From Octopus sinensis (taxonomy: Eukaryota), in assembly GCF_006345805.1 (NCBI RefSeq), contig NC_043009.1:51584001-51648000 (forward strand): DNA of 64,000 bases, read 5' to 3'. Below, piece after piece: positions 24,896-39,207 of this stretch. The position numbers and the translations under genes are program-made. The notes beneath the pieces are model-generated. The model worked only from the letters and a program-made list of their open reading frames with translations. It searched no databases and had not been told where the DNA came from. How positions within the stretch are numbered: position 1 is the stretch's first letter; every line of letters starts with the position of its first letter.

Positions 24896-25679
24896 GGCAT
24901 AAAGTTCTTGTATAAAGAAATGCGTGCAATATGTTTTTGTTTATTTTTTTCTTAAAGAAATATTAATAAGAAAATATACTAGAAATATGTGAAACGTAGA
25001 AATACAGATAAGAGAATTATATATATGAAAAAAAAAATGACTGACTTACAAATACGTAGGCGAAATTAGATGAGTGTATAACGCAGGGAAATAAAAGGAA
25101 CAGTTAGGAAGTAATATTGTAGACGTATTGGATTAATAATTTAAACTCAGCTAAATGTCAAGAATCAGGTGATCAGTAACAATACCCTGGCGGTTGAAGT
25201 AATAAATTAGAGTTAGAATATTCTGCACTGGAAGTTAACTGAATTAGCTGACTAGATAAGAGAAACAAGGAAAATGATGCCTGTATTTAGAATACTTATA
25301 TCTAAAAGACGAACAGAGAAAGATTACGTTTACATTTACTACGAATGTGGTAGAAGTAGGTGTCTTCTGCTACTAATACAAATTGTTATACGTTGTAGGG
25401 TTACTAAAATATTGAGTAAAGAACAAAGTGAAATTAATAATAGAGTTAGTTACGAAAGTTGTATGCAAAAAGAAAAAAAAAAACGAGGCCTTGCGTTATA
25501 TTTTATAGGAATCCAACAGATATGACATAGATATTGCGGTAGCTGATATCTGAGATGAAAATGAAGATATACTATGAAGAAATACTAGAAGGATAAAACA
25601 TTTGTTGAGAATCTAATGCTAAAAGAACCATAACAAGAACCAGAGTATTTTCGGTACATGAGAAGGTGGAGACCTTTTC

Positions 25680-25880
25680 GTGGAGGTCTTATTTTGGCCG
25701 AATCTGGAGCAAGGGTCCACGATACTACTTGACTTCGAAATGCTCAAAAACTAATGAGATGCACGTTTTTAATGTTCTAGTTCAATTGTTGCAATTTTAA
25801 CGAGTGCAGGACAACAATGGTCAGCGAGAGGACTAACTGGGCGAAGTAGTCCGTAGGAGTACTGGAGATTGGACATATGA
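25680..25880 (-). mobile_element. Possible very decayed CR1-like fragment
   Basis: Minus frame LLRPVSPLADHCCPALVKIATIELE, weakly like the RPxLEYCCP motif. Confidence 0.25.
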
Positions 25881-25912
25881 CAAATATAGAAAGAAAAGAG
25901 AGGAGTGACGGG

Positions 25913-25964
<52 letters not shown>

Positions 25965-26413
25965 TTAAGAGAGGAATGATTTAGAATGGTTTGAATCGAA
26001 GTGTCACAGGACCAAAACTTTCTTATTTCTAAAGGCCGCAATAGCAACGGCAGACAAATACAGAACTAGGAGACAACACATATGTGTGGTAGTCTGAATT
26101 CTATCGGCGAAAAGCCCCACTAATATCATGTGGGTAACCGGAACCAGTCCAGGATATATTTATGGCTACCCTCAACGGTGGTACAGATTAGAGAATAGTA
26201 ACCCATTATACGACCAATTCCAGTATTGTGGATATTTATTATTAAGTCTCAGTTCGGAAGAGAAATGCCAGCCCTTTGATGGCATTTTCCCCAGTGAGAG
26301 CGACTCGGTTACTGTGAATCCTGATATTCATAAGCACACACACAAACACAGATATATGCACCTATACATGCATGGTCATATATACACAAGTTTCTCTATC
26401 TCTCGTAAATCTC

Positions 26414-26499
<86 letters not shown>

Positions 26500-26645
26500 A
26501 TTTTAAATATTTGGTTTAAATATTGGATGGTTGACGGATCGATCGACGGACGGACGGACACACGACGAGAAGATGGATTGATAGATGGATGGATGAATGG
26601 ATGGATAGATAGACAGATAGATGGCTGTGTGTGTGTGTATATATA

Positions 26646-26702
<57 letters not shown>

Positions 26703-26767
26703 CATATATATACTATATACATATGCATATATATATATGTATATGCATATATATACATATATGTATA

Positions 26768-26806
<39 letters not shown>

Positions 26807-27231
26807 GTATATATATTATATATATATATATATATAGGTAGATATATAGATATATAGATAGATAGATACAAACATACATACATATATACATAATCTATAT
26901 ATGTATATTTATTTGGTTATGTTTCTTTGAATTATTGGCCAATTTTGTCTAGGTATAAGCAATAAAGATAAAAGCCATATAATTAATCAACAACAAATAT
27001 TGAACACGAATCACTTAAGAACATATGACCAATGTACTGGTTCCATTACTGTGTACTGTAAAAAAACCGACAACAGGAACAACACTAAATGACATAGTGT
27101 AAGTAAATATAAAATATGTAAACAACAGCAAACCAAAGGCAATTTATGATGTATTGCTCATTAAGTCTTTCCTGGTTCCTAATAGCTGGCTACAATTTTT
27201 TTTCTGTAAACGTCAATGCTTTCATATTATG

Positions 27232-27262
<31 letters not shown>

Positions 27263-27307
27263 TATATTATATATATATATATATATATAGATAGATAGAT
27301 AGATAGA

Positions 27308-27350
<43 letters not shown>

Positions 27351-27708
27351 GTTTCTATGTATGTATATATATATTCATATATGAATACATATATATATAT
27401 ATATACACACATACACGATCACACGCACTCATATATATATACGTTTGTGAGTATATATACATAATTATATTTGTACATATGTGTGTATGGGTTTATATAT
27501 ATATATATATTTATATATTTATTTATTTATATTTATATGTGTGTTTAATATATAAACAGTCAAAGCATATGAAGCAATCAGAGACAACAATAAAAAAGCA
27601 TACAAAATATTAAATAAAATATAAGCCAAAGAAAAAGTGAGAAAATTGCTACAGACAGTAGCATGAAGATTCTTATACACATACATACATATACATCTAA
27701 ATACAATG

Positions 27709-27739
<31 letters not shown>

Positions 27740-27882
27740 CTTATATACGTATGTGTGTGTATATTTGTGTATGTACATACATAGATACGCATGTGCATAC
27801 GTACGTACGCAAATGATCTACAAATCTATGATTGAGCTGTTCACACAGACACACAGACATTTATATATATATAATATATATA

Positions 27883-27954
<72 letters not shown>

Positions 27955-28617
27955 GTATGTTTGTATGTATAGATGTGATTATATAAATACGTTCGCCCGC
28001 GTTCTTTTCTGTATATACACATACACTCACCTTCAGGCACAGTCACATACTATATATATATATATGTACGCATCAAAGCATATATCTATAGAAACAGATT
28101 TACGCATATATATTCCGAGACAGATACGTATTGAAATATAATTTGTAGAAATACATTCATGACACATTTTAATTATTTCTAGAAGACTAAACTGAGTTAA
28201 AATAAAAAAGAAAGAATGACTAAATAAATAATTGAATAAACAGATATATGACAAAAAAGAAAGATAACAACACGTTCAAAATATGTTGTGTCTCTCTACA
28301 TTGTGAGCTCTCAGTCAGTCTGTCTCTGTTCAAAATATAACATACGATACAAACAGAAACATACTCTTATGCATCTGTGCTCTCTCTCTCTCTCTCTCAC
28401 ACACACAAGCAAATATTGACATTCTCATCTGTGTTTTAACACGTAATCTTTCCTCTCTTTCTCTCTTTAATTCCCTTTATTCTCTGTGTACTTACTATTC
28501 TTCTCTTATTTGTATCTCCGTACATACACAAATATAATCTATTCAGTGTGACTGAGATCAAAACCAAATATAGAAAAAAGATGAGTTGGCATTATATATA
28601 TAAATGTGTGTGTGTGT

Positions 28618-28932
28618 GGAGGCGCAATGGCCCAGTGGTTAGGGCAGCGGACTCACGGTTGTAGGATCGTGGTTTCGATTCCCAGACCGGGCGTGTTTAG
28701 TGTTTTAGTGTTTATTGAGCGGAAACACCTAAACTCCACGAGGCCCCGGCAGGGGTGGTGACGATCCCTTCTGTACTCTTTCGCCACTATTTTCTCTCAT
28801 TCTTTCTTCTGTTGGCCTGCTCGCTTAGCTAGCGGGGTGGCGTCATTTGAAGGCTAAAACAATGTGAAGCGCATTTTGACCGGCGATGTGTAGCAACATC
28901 TGATAGCCTGGTCGGTCACGGTGATCACGATG

Positions 28933-28933
<1 letters not shown>
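28618..28933 (+). mobile_element. tRNA-derived SINE family C, tail variant 1
   Basis: GGAGGCGCAATGGCCCAGTGG (A box) ... GGTTTCGATTCCC (B box); shares head and middle with the 44790 copy. Confidence 0.8.
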
Positions 28934-28965
<32 letters not shown>

Positions 28966-28967
<2 letters not shown>

Positions 28968-29165
28968 ACCGCGAGTGTATCGTCGGCGATTTTCTTTCCC
29001 CGTCTTCCCTTCGTTGGACTTTTCTCTTTTTCTATATTTCTGACGAAGGGCTCCGCTCGAAACGTTAAATCCTCCTTCTTTCTTTCCATTCCTGAGCGTC
29101 CAATAAAACCATTCTTATTTCCACGTCCTCGCGTTGTTGTATTTTCTCTTTGCTCATGTTTGAAT

Positions 29166-29171
<6 letters not shown>
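28966..29171 (+). mobile_element. Penelope-like pseudo-LTR fragment
   Basis: Pyrimidine-rich segment between microsatellites that contains a minimal hammerhead motif. Confidence 0.55.
29036..29070 (+). ncRNA. Minimal type I hammerhead ribozyme motif, Penelope-type
   Basis: ATTT-CTGACGA-A-GGGC-tcc-GCTC-GAAA-CGTT^AAAT: stem I ATTT/AAAT, stem II 4 bp with one G-U, palindromic stem III AACGTT. Confidence 0.7.
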
Positions 29172-29204
<33 letters not shown>

Positions 29205-29630
29205 GTATATACATGCGAGGTGCATTCATGACTGAAATATGTAAAACAATATAAAGAAAGTATGCCATTTTAATATCCATGCATTTTAAATCCTAGTCTC
29301 TAAAGAAATTTATTGTTTCACGAAAACATTGAATTTTAATGTACGTTTAATCTTTACGATTATTGATAACAATACTGACTAACCTGTGTGACTGACTCAG
29401 GCACGTGTGAAGGATGTCGAGAGAACGCCTTCTACGAACGATATTTTTTGATACAGTTCTCTTCTATGACACTGGCAGGCACAGAAGGAAAATAAGTAAA
29501 CTGTGACCAGGCTGAATAAAAGGATCCCTAAAATTGCATACTTCGTGTAAGTGTTAGCAGAAATTAAACCAGCTTGCAAATACACATTTACATTACTATA
29601 TTTATAAAAAGCCAAGCCCGAACAGCCAGA

Positions 29631-30055
29631 GTGCTGGAGTGGCTGTGTGGTAAGTAGCTTGCTTACCAGCCATATGGTTCTGGGTTCAGTCCCACTGCGT
29701 GTCACACTGGGTAAGTGTCTTCTACTGTAGCGTCGACCAAAGCCTTGTGAGTGGATTTGGTAGACGGAAACTGAAAGAAGACCGTCATATATATATATAT
29801 ATGTGTATATGTGTGTGTGTGTGTGTGTGCTGTGTGTGTATGTACATGTTTTTATGTTTGTCCCCCGCAAAAACAAAATCGCTTGACAACCGATGCTGGT
29901 GTATTTACGTCCCTGTCACTTAGGCAAGAGGGACCGATAGAATAAATACTAGGCTTACAAAGAATTAGACCCGGGGCTGAAAGCACTATAGGTGGTGCTC
30001 CAGCATGGCCGCAGTCAAATGATTGAAACAAATAAACGACAAAAGAAATAAAAGA
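29631..30055 (+). mobile_element. SINE family A
   Basis: Family head, body and tail. Confidence 0.85.
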
Positions 30056-30057
30056 AT

Positions 30058-30107
<50 letters not shown>

Positions 30108-30123
30108 TGTGTACAAGCATACT

Positions 30124-30174
<51 letters not shown>

Positions 30175-30208
30175 ACATACATACATACATACATACACAC
30201 ACACATAG

Positions 30209-30460
30209 GTAAAAAGTAAAGTTTTATTCTAGACACGTACCGATGCATACCGGCCGGTTTCCCCGATTTCCATGGAGTATATATTCGTCACCTGGACTGG
30301 ACGTCGGTCTGCGGTAGGATTACAGCATTACTGAATGGAGTGGATAAGACCGAAATGAAATATTTTTGCTCAAGATCACAACGTGTTGGCCAATCCAGGA
30401 TACGAAATCACAATCTCACGATCATGTATCCAAGGCCCTAAGCAGTAATTTAGGTGCCTT
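30209..30460 (-). mobile_element. Degenerate tRNA-headed SINE, family D
   Basis: Reverse-oriented B-box-like GGATACGAAATC and a SINE-like body; single copy here. Confidence 0.45.
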
Positions 30461-30516
30461 CACAAAAGTTAGACAGAAATATGTATGTACAGAATAAACT
30501 ATATATAAGTCTATAT

Positions 30517-30558
<42 letters not shown>

Positions 30559-30800
30559 TTATATATAGTTATATATGTACATGCACACACATACACACAT
30601 ATATATAAGTATATATACATACTTATATATATATGCTTTCGTCTGTATGTATACACGATAGTACATATCTCAAATAAAGACACACACACACACACAAATA
30701 CACACACAGACGGGACGCCACACGCACACACGCACACATATGTACAGCACCACATACTTAAAGCGTGTAAAGAGATGAAGTACATATTCATATATGCATG

Positions 30801-30831
<31 letters not shown>

Positions 30832-31353
30832 CTTCACTCGGATACCCTCTCGGAGCAATGTTTATTGTCACCTCAAAGGAAAGACGGTGTTTGTAAAATT
30901 AGCATTGTTTCAATGGCTTCGAATTAGTTATAGCTGGTCGCCGCCCTTTTCTTCCATTGCGCTACACCATTTTTCTTCTTCGGCTTAATTCCCTTCCCCT
31001 CCTATTTCACACCTCTCTCCATTTCTCTCCTCACATTTTTTCTCTTTCCCTTTCTCTCTTACTGTTCTCTCTTTCTTTCTTTTTTCTTTCTTCCTTTCTT
31101 TCTTTCTTTCTTTGTGTCTCACCCCCTTCTCTGACTCTCCTTTTATCTTTCCCTCTGCTATCTACTTCATTATCCCTCTGAGACATTAAAACATCACCTT
31201 TCACTATAAACCTTTATATCTCTGTCTATGTCTAATTTTTATATCTTACCCGTACATTTATGTATGTGTGTCTGTGGATATACACATAAGTACATTTCAA
31301 ATATGCAAGCATATATACATACATACACACACACGCAAAAACACTCACATATG

Positions 31354-31396
<43 letters not shown>

Positions 31397-31858
31397 AGGT
31401 AGATAGATAGATAGATAGATAGATAGCTATAGATATATGAATATATATATGTACATATGTCCATCATTTGATCTATCTGTTGCAAATACTATCCTCAGTT
31501 GTCTCCCTCTTAATCACTTGCTGTACCTATACACACACTTACATGCACACTCACACGCTCAGAAACAGTCACATTAACACATATCCTTCTTTCGCTCACC
31601 CCCACCCCATCCAGACGTCAGATTTCTTATTTTCTTCATTTTTCCCCATCTGATCTCGTAACTGATTTTAGTCTCTCATCTTCCTCTCTCTCTTTCTCTC
31701 TCTCTTTCTTATTTCTATCTTCCAGTTTCTGTATTCACACACACACACACACACACAGAAACACACACACACATATATCCCTATCCATATATATAATATA
31801 TATATCCCTAACCATACACACATATATATATATACACATATACATATATGTATGTATG

Positions 31859-31896
<38 letters not shown>

Positions 31897-31972
31897 CATA
31901 CGTATATATATATATATGTTTATGTATATATACACATATATATGTTTATATACATATATATACATATATGTG

Positions 31973-32023
<51 letters not shown>

Positions 32024-32509
32024 GTATATATAGGTGTATATGTATGTATCTGGCCACAAGATTCCTCTTGTGAAGTAGTACTTCTCTTCCTCAAGTACAC
32101 CGGCACACACTTTGGAAGTCGGCCAAAAGCTGGATCAGTGTCACACCCACATGCCACCCAGAGTCCAGCAGCCTTTCAGTTCCTGTCCAAATGAAACCCG
32201 AAAGCATCCCGATGAAAAGAGCTTGCCATTGATTCATTCATTAGACAAGATTGACTGAAGAGCGAATCGACAAAGAAACCTTATCCTCACACAAATAACA
32301 CTAAGTGAATTAACACTTAAAGTACATCAGTAGTAGTAGCAGTAGTAGTAGTAGTAGTAGCAGCAGTAAAAGTGGTGGTAGTGGTAGTGGTGGTAATGGT
32401 GGTGGTGCCGGCGGCGGTGCTGGTGACTGTAGTATGACTGTGAAATCTCATAATGTGATCCAGCTCTGCGGCACGCATATCATCTGTTCCCTCCCCATCA
32501 AATTCTCTA

Positions 32510-32515
32510 TCTATC

Positions 32516-32594
<79 letters not shown>

Positions 32595-32611
32595 CATCTA
32601 TCTATCTATCT

Positions 32612-32671
<60 letters not shown>

Positions 32672-32689
32672 TATATATATATATATATA

Positions 32690-32735
<46 letters not shown>
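32510..32735. repeat. (TCTA)n followed by (TC)n and (TA)n
   Basis: Direct inspection. Confidence 0.95.
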
Positions 32736-32742
<7 letters not shown>

Positions 32743-32869
32743 TCTGTCTTTCTTTCTACCTGTCGGTCACTGTGTTTGCCTGTATAATGATTTTTTATAT
32801 GCTTACAGTTATATATTTATACATACATACATATATACATACATTCATATACATACACACACACACATA

Positions 32870-32935
<66 letters not shown>

Positions 32936-33240
32936 TATGATATTGCTGTCACAGTCTAGTAAGAAGTTTGCTCCACAACTATATACGCCTTTGCTCAGTT
33001 TCACTGTGTTGTAGATTGAATGACCGATTTATCGTCCCGGCCGACGCGACGAAATTTATTAGAGTACGTGGCAGAAGGAAAATGGAAGAAATCCCCCGTG
33101 CATGTATATATATATATTTCCTCTCTAGTTTCAGCTCATAGCTGTGGCCATACTGATGCACCGCCGTTAAAAACTAGGCTTTCCTATCCACGTGGTACTC
33201 GAACCTCGAACCCGCTTCCCTTGTTAATGTACCTGTTAAT

Positions 33241-33289
<49 letters not shown>

Positions 33290-33599
33290 CTCTCTTACTC
33301 GTTCAGTCATTTGACTGCGGTCATGTTGGAGCACCGCCTTTAGTCGAGTAAATTGAATACACAGAAATATAAGCATTAACATATTTATGGATAAATCTGT
33401 GTTTACATTGGATAAATAGATAGATAGATAGACGCTCGTGAATATTTAGAGATTTACTTTTCTTGATATACACACTCAGTAAAACATTAACTATATCACC
33501 CAATATGAAAGAAAAACAAAAATGTATGGAATTGTGACAAAAGGTCAGAAATTTCCGGGAGCTGTTAAGTCGATTTTATCGAACACGTGTTCAAAAAGC

Positions 33600-33755
33600 A
33601 GCTATTGTATCGACTCCAAATAGATGGATGGTAAATTCGACCTCGACGGGTCGACTTTAAAAGCTGAAGAAGGCCGAAATGCCTTCTTATATTCTTATAA
33701 GAATTCGCGGAGTTTTTCGTACGGCGGGCTAAAGATTCTGCCAGCTTAGCGACAT
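33600..33755 (-). mobile_element. SINE family B, degenerate
   Basis: GATTCTGCCAGCT head motif and GTCGAC body motif. Confidence 0.5.
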
Positions 33756-35148
33756 ATTTGTGAAAGGAAATAAATATCGAATCTCTTTTTGTTTTATTAG
33801 CCTCCAGACAGATATTTCGCCCTGATACATCCCATAATGATAGGTGTTCCAACTTTGATGCATCTTTAAACTTCTCGAAATCACACTGTTCCTATAGAAT
33901 ATGAATAGCCACTTTATGGGTCTCACCTCCTGAAAGACAACATGCATGTCACTATATAGCTGTAACTCGGCTGGTGCTTAACGTAGTTATTTAGATAGAC
34001 TAATAAATGTTTTTTTGGAACATTCGTGGTTGTAATGTCACTTAGAGTTTCAGTTTCTTCCAACGCACACATGCACACATACACATGAACACGCACACAT
34101 GTGTTTATATATGTGTGTGTGTGCGCATGCGTGTTGTGTCCAAGCAAATATATCAGAATAAAAGAAAGATAATGAGAACGTATATGAGTCTAAAATAAAG
34201 AACATGTTTTATTGTTTTATTACTAAATAGTGGAAGTCCGGCACCCTTTTTTTTACAATTACTTCGTTTTCGATTTTCGGAGGCTAGATAACTAGAATAC
34301 TAGAAATATATCAATACAAAAAAGTGTATTTCTTCAAGACTCAAGGTGAATTTGTGTGGAACAAAAAGTATCCCACAAACTGTGAAAAAATATAAACTGA
34401 ACAACTAAACAACCAACATGAGCTATTCCAAAAACCTTTTCACATTAAGGAGGAACTACTGTATATTTTTTTACGTAGAATGTCATCAAGTATTTGACAA
34501 TTCAAATAACATTTTACCCAATTTCGTTGATTTACGAAATAAATTCAACAGCAAAGCACAATTCAAGAATTTACAGTTAAACCGGAGAGTTATAAATCAG
34601 GTACTACAAATTCCTTCAGATGCTAGATATACTTATACAAATATGTGGAAGATTTTAAATCTAAGACAAGAACAGGATGATACGATTAGAAAGAGAAATG
34701 ATCCCATAAATGTTAGTTGCCTGATTAACAATATCATTAAAGAACATTTCATTTATGGTCACCAGATGGATTAACGGCGGTATACATTGTCAATGCGATC
34801 ACACTCACAGACGGAGTTTAGATAGAATACCTGCAAAATGTTATGCATGATACAACGGCATTTAACTTAGCTTCCTTGGTTTTCGCACACGTATGATACA
34901 ATTTCCATAGCCAAGGATAAGTTAAGAATATTTGCACTAACACTTTCGGCAGCTGTAAGTAAGCGATAATTTTTCTTGAAACATTTTGAAAAATTAAATT
35001 TATTTATTTTTTTTAAGATACTTGCGATAATACGACCAGCATATATATTAGTAAGGTTGTCTGTTCTTGGTGTAAAATTATACATATATATTATATATAT
35101 ATATACATATATATGCATGTGTATATACTTGAAAACACGCATATAGAC

Positions 35149-35209
<61 letters not shown>

Positions 35210-35256
35210 CACACATGCATATCTATATATCTACACACACACACACACACATGTAT

Positions 35257-35306
<50 letters not shown>

Positions 35307-35474
35307 TATATGTATATATATATATATATATATACATTCATACATATCTATATACGTACACATCTATATACAAACACAGAGACACACACATATGTGTGTA
35401 TATATAGATAGATAGAGAGATAAATAGATAGATAGACAGAGAGAGAGAGAGTGAGTGTTTGTGTATGTGGGTGT

Positions 35475-35514
<40 letters not shown>

Positions 35515-35876
35515 TAGAAATTAAGAGAAAATAAGGGAATATTACTGATAGTCTAAAAACCTCATTGACAAATTCACGTATGGAAAGATAAACACACACG
35601 TATGTATCCTAAACACGATAACACTTATGGGAATTAGTAAAAAAAAAAATGATATATGTAAAAATATATAAAAAAAAGCATAAAGGACTAAATAATCTGA
35701 AGTATTTCTGTCTGGTTCCTAACTATTATCTACCATTAGTATATCATTATCGGTAATGTCATTTTTTTTTCTTTTACTCTGATAATAATTAATTTCAAAT
35801 CTATATATCTCAATATTAATATAGTGATATATGTAGGCATACAATATATAGCTGCACACACCGCGGACATATTCAC

Positions 35877-35966
<90 letters not shown>

Positions 35967-36009
35967 TATATGTGTGTGTGTGTGAGTGTTTTGTGTGTGT
36001 GTGTATATC

Positions 36010-36057
<48 letters not shown>

Positions 36058-36207
36058 CGTAAGTGTGCTTGTATAGAAGGTGTGTGAAATTTAGGATAAT
36101 CATGAATTTTAATTAAAGGACTGTATTATAAAAATTTTCATTCTGTGTTGAGTGATCTGATTTTCTCGAGAAGCCATGTCGTCTAATACCTATTATGTTT
36201 TTGTATA

Positions 36208-36254
<47 letters not shown>

Positions 36255-36301
36255 TATATATATATGTGTGTGTGTGTTTTTGTATATATATAAATGTGAC
36301 C

Positions 36302-36332
<31 letters not shown>

Positions 36333-36396
36333 TTATATACTTATATATATATATATACACACATATATATGCACATACATATCTACGTATATAAAC

Positions 36397-36428
<32 letters not shown>

Positions 36429-36619
36429 CACACATATATGTAGATATATACTTATAGATAACCCATGCAAGCATGGAAAGCGGACGTTAAACGATGATGA
36501 TGATGGTATACGAATATATATATAGATATATGCATATAGATATATACTTACATATACCGTTGAATTTATGTTTGAAGCATCTTAAGGAAGGTAAATTTCA
36601 TCAACGTATTTAATGTAAG

Positions 36620-37320
36620 TGCGTTGTTGAACGGTGTGAAGTTGCGGTGATTTTCTCAGCGGAGACTTCTGTAAAGAAACATTGGGATTAGAAACACGGT
36701 ATATCTCAAAGCCAGGTGATACGTGTCCCGGGAATGAACTTTGTCCAAGGTAAACCCCTCTAAAACGTACTGTGTTTAGAAATTCAATACATATTTAGTT
36801 TAATATCAGAGGGAACATGATCAAACTTTGAACTTTTACCGGTCAAAAGCGGGTCACTGAATTAGAAAGTGCATAGTACAGTCATCGAGTACGAGGGGTG
36901 CTTGATAAGGAAACAGACAAGGTATTTGCAGGATCTTCCAACTGAAATGGATATGAACATAGAATATAACAAGCCAGATATTTCAGTAACAGACGAGGAA
37001 AATCGAATGAGCATACTGATTGATACACTAGGTCTATTTGATATTAGAATCATGAAGAAAACAGATGAAAAGTTGAAATTCTAAAACCCGTAAAAATTTG
37101 AAGATCCGACGATTTCGAACATGAAATCTGCGACGACTCTACACTTGATTTCTTTGAGCACTAATGCACTAAGAACAAGAAAGATCACGAGTAAGGTTTT
37201 CGTCACATGATGGCCTATTAAAATGAAGTGAATATCTAAAGTTACAAAGAGTAAACTGCTGCCCACATAAATTCTAGTTGAAATAAGGCCAATCCTAATT
37301 CCTATAAATAATAATAATAA
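36620..37320 (+). mobile_element. Decayed R4/Dong-like RLE non-LTR retrotransposon 3' end with (TAA)n tail
   Basis: LQDLPTEMDMNIEYNKPDISVTDEENRMSILIDTLGLFDIRIMKKTDEKL (PD..D..K); ends in ATAATAATAATAA at 37308-37320. Confidence 0.7.
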
Positions 37321-37775
37321 TCCTTTCTACTATAGGCATAAGGCCTGAGATATTGGGTCAGGGGACTAGTCGATTACATTGATCCCAGTGCTCGACTGGT
37401 ACTCTATTCTATCAACCCCGAAATAGTGAAAGGCAAAGTCGACCTCCGTGGAATTTGAACTTAAGAACGTAAATACAGACGAAATGCCGGTAAGTATTTC
37501 GCTTGGAGAGCTTACGATTCTGCCAGCTCGCCATCTTATTGAACCTTTCTGTTACAGACACAAAGCCTGAAATTTGTGGGAAGGAGTTTTGTTGATTACA
37601 CTGTCCCCGATGCTCAAATGGTATTTATTTTATCGGCCCCGACAGGATGAAAGGCCAAGTCGATGGCAGCGGAATATGATTTCTGAACGTGAACACGCAC
37701 GAAATGACGCTGAGCATTTTGTCCGGCACGGTAACTATACTACAAGGTCGCTGCTTTTCACCAGCTACTTAATAA
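37321..37775 (-). mobile_element. Two tandem SINE family B copies (37321-37537 and ~37548-37775)
   Basis: Family motifs twice. Confidence 0.75.
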
Positions 37776-37879
37776 TAAGAATGTATTAACAGCACTAACA
37801 GCAATAATGATAACATTATTGCTTTTAAATTGTTTAAAATATGTTATATACTGGTTTTACAGAACAAGTGGCTTTTTGC

Positions 37880-37946
37880 CATCATTTTCTATTATATCTT
37901 ATTATTATTATCATTATTATTATTATTATCATTATTATTATTATTA

Positions 37947-37983
<37 letters not shown>

Positions 37984-37994
37984 CATCATCATTA

Positions 37995-38058
<64 letters not shown>
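37880..38058. repeat. (TTA)n array
   Basis: Direct inspection. Confidence 0.95.
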
Positions 38059-38711
38059 TTCAGTAATGACTATGAAAAATCTCGTACTTTTAGTCTGAAT
38101 ATAGTAGAGTTAATATTACTAAATACGTATGACTCTTTGTTTGAACTTCAGAATAGTTATCTTACATTTGTCCATACATAACTGATTTGTATAGTGAATA
38201 TTTCCAAATATTCTTATCCTACTGTGAGATTTCAAAAATTGCTTTCCGTACTGAGATTCAAAAATAGCTTTTAACTAATATTGCAACGGCAATCACGTGG
38301 TGGACGATGAGTAGCAGGGACATGCAACATCAAAACAAAATATCTGATGGAGCATTTGCATGTGAAAGCTGTTGAAGAAATGCTTCCAGCGAAATATGAG
38401 GTGAAAGAAAAAAAAAAGAGGGGGGGAAAAATTGATAAAGAAAAACAAAACAAGAACAATAAATAAACGAAAGTGAAAAGCATAAACGAAATAAAGTAGA
38501 AATTACAGTTGCTCAACTAAACCATACTTTTGCCGTTTTGCTTCTATTTATTTTTGTTATATTTTCTTTTGTCTCTCTTTGCTATTTTGATAAATTTTGT
38601 TGCTGTTGTTGTTGTTGTTGTTGTTGATGATGATTTTGTTTTTGCACGTTATCAATTCCCCTGTTTTGTTGAAGATGCGGAAAACTAAATATCTCGTGTT
38701 ATATTTATTTT

Positions 38712-38750
<39 letters not shown>

Positions 38751-38998
38751 CTCATTTTTCTTTTCATTTCATCGTTCGACTTTCGTGCAGAAATTGTTAC
38801 ACTGCACGAAACAGCTGTGAATGATGAATAATTGACTGAAGATCTTCTGTGAGTAACATTTTCCGTCGGGAAGATCTTAACTCACATGAGTTTTTGTAAT
38901 TGTACAGGCACACCGCTACATAGCCACTTACCGTGATAGTCCTTGTTAGAGATCGATCCCTGTTTGCATAACTCCTTTGGTATAATAGCATAGAGGCC

Positions 38999-39207
38999 TT
39001 ACAGAAATAGCCATCTGTGTATCATATTTAATGCAGACATATAATTGAAAGGCAGATTAATTATCTCGTCAGGTGATAATATCTTTTGTCGGTGTACGAT
39101 GATTAGAATCACAAATATATGATTTAAAAAAAAAAACAGTACACCCATAACATACATTATTTCTGGACGAATACTGCATTAAATATAAATACAGATGGCT
39201 TTTGTAA
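38999..39207. mobile_element. Degraded MITE-like element with ~35-bp inverted repeats
   Basis: TTACAGAAATAGCCATCTGTGTATCATATTTAATGCAG versus the reverse complement of CTGCATTAAATATAAATACAGATGGCTTTTGTAA. Confidence 0.45.

Noticed and set aside
33661-33685. CTGAAGAAGGCCGAAAT hammerhead-like string
   Set aside because: No NUH triplet or stem III; lies inside a degenerate SINE-B copy.
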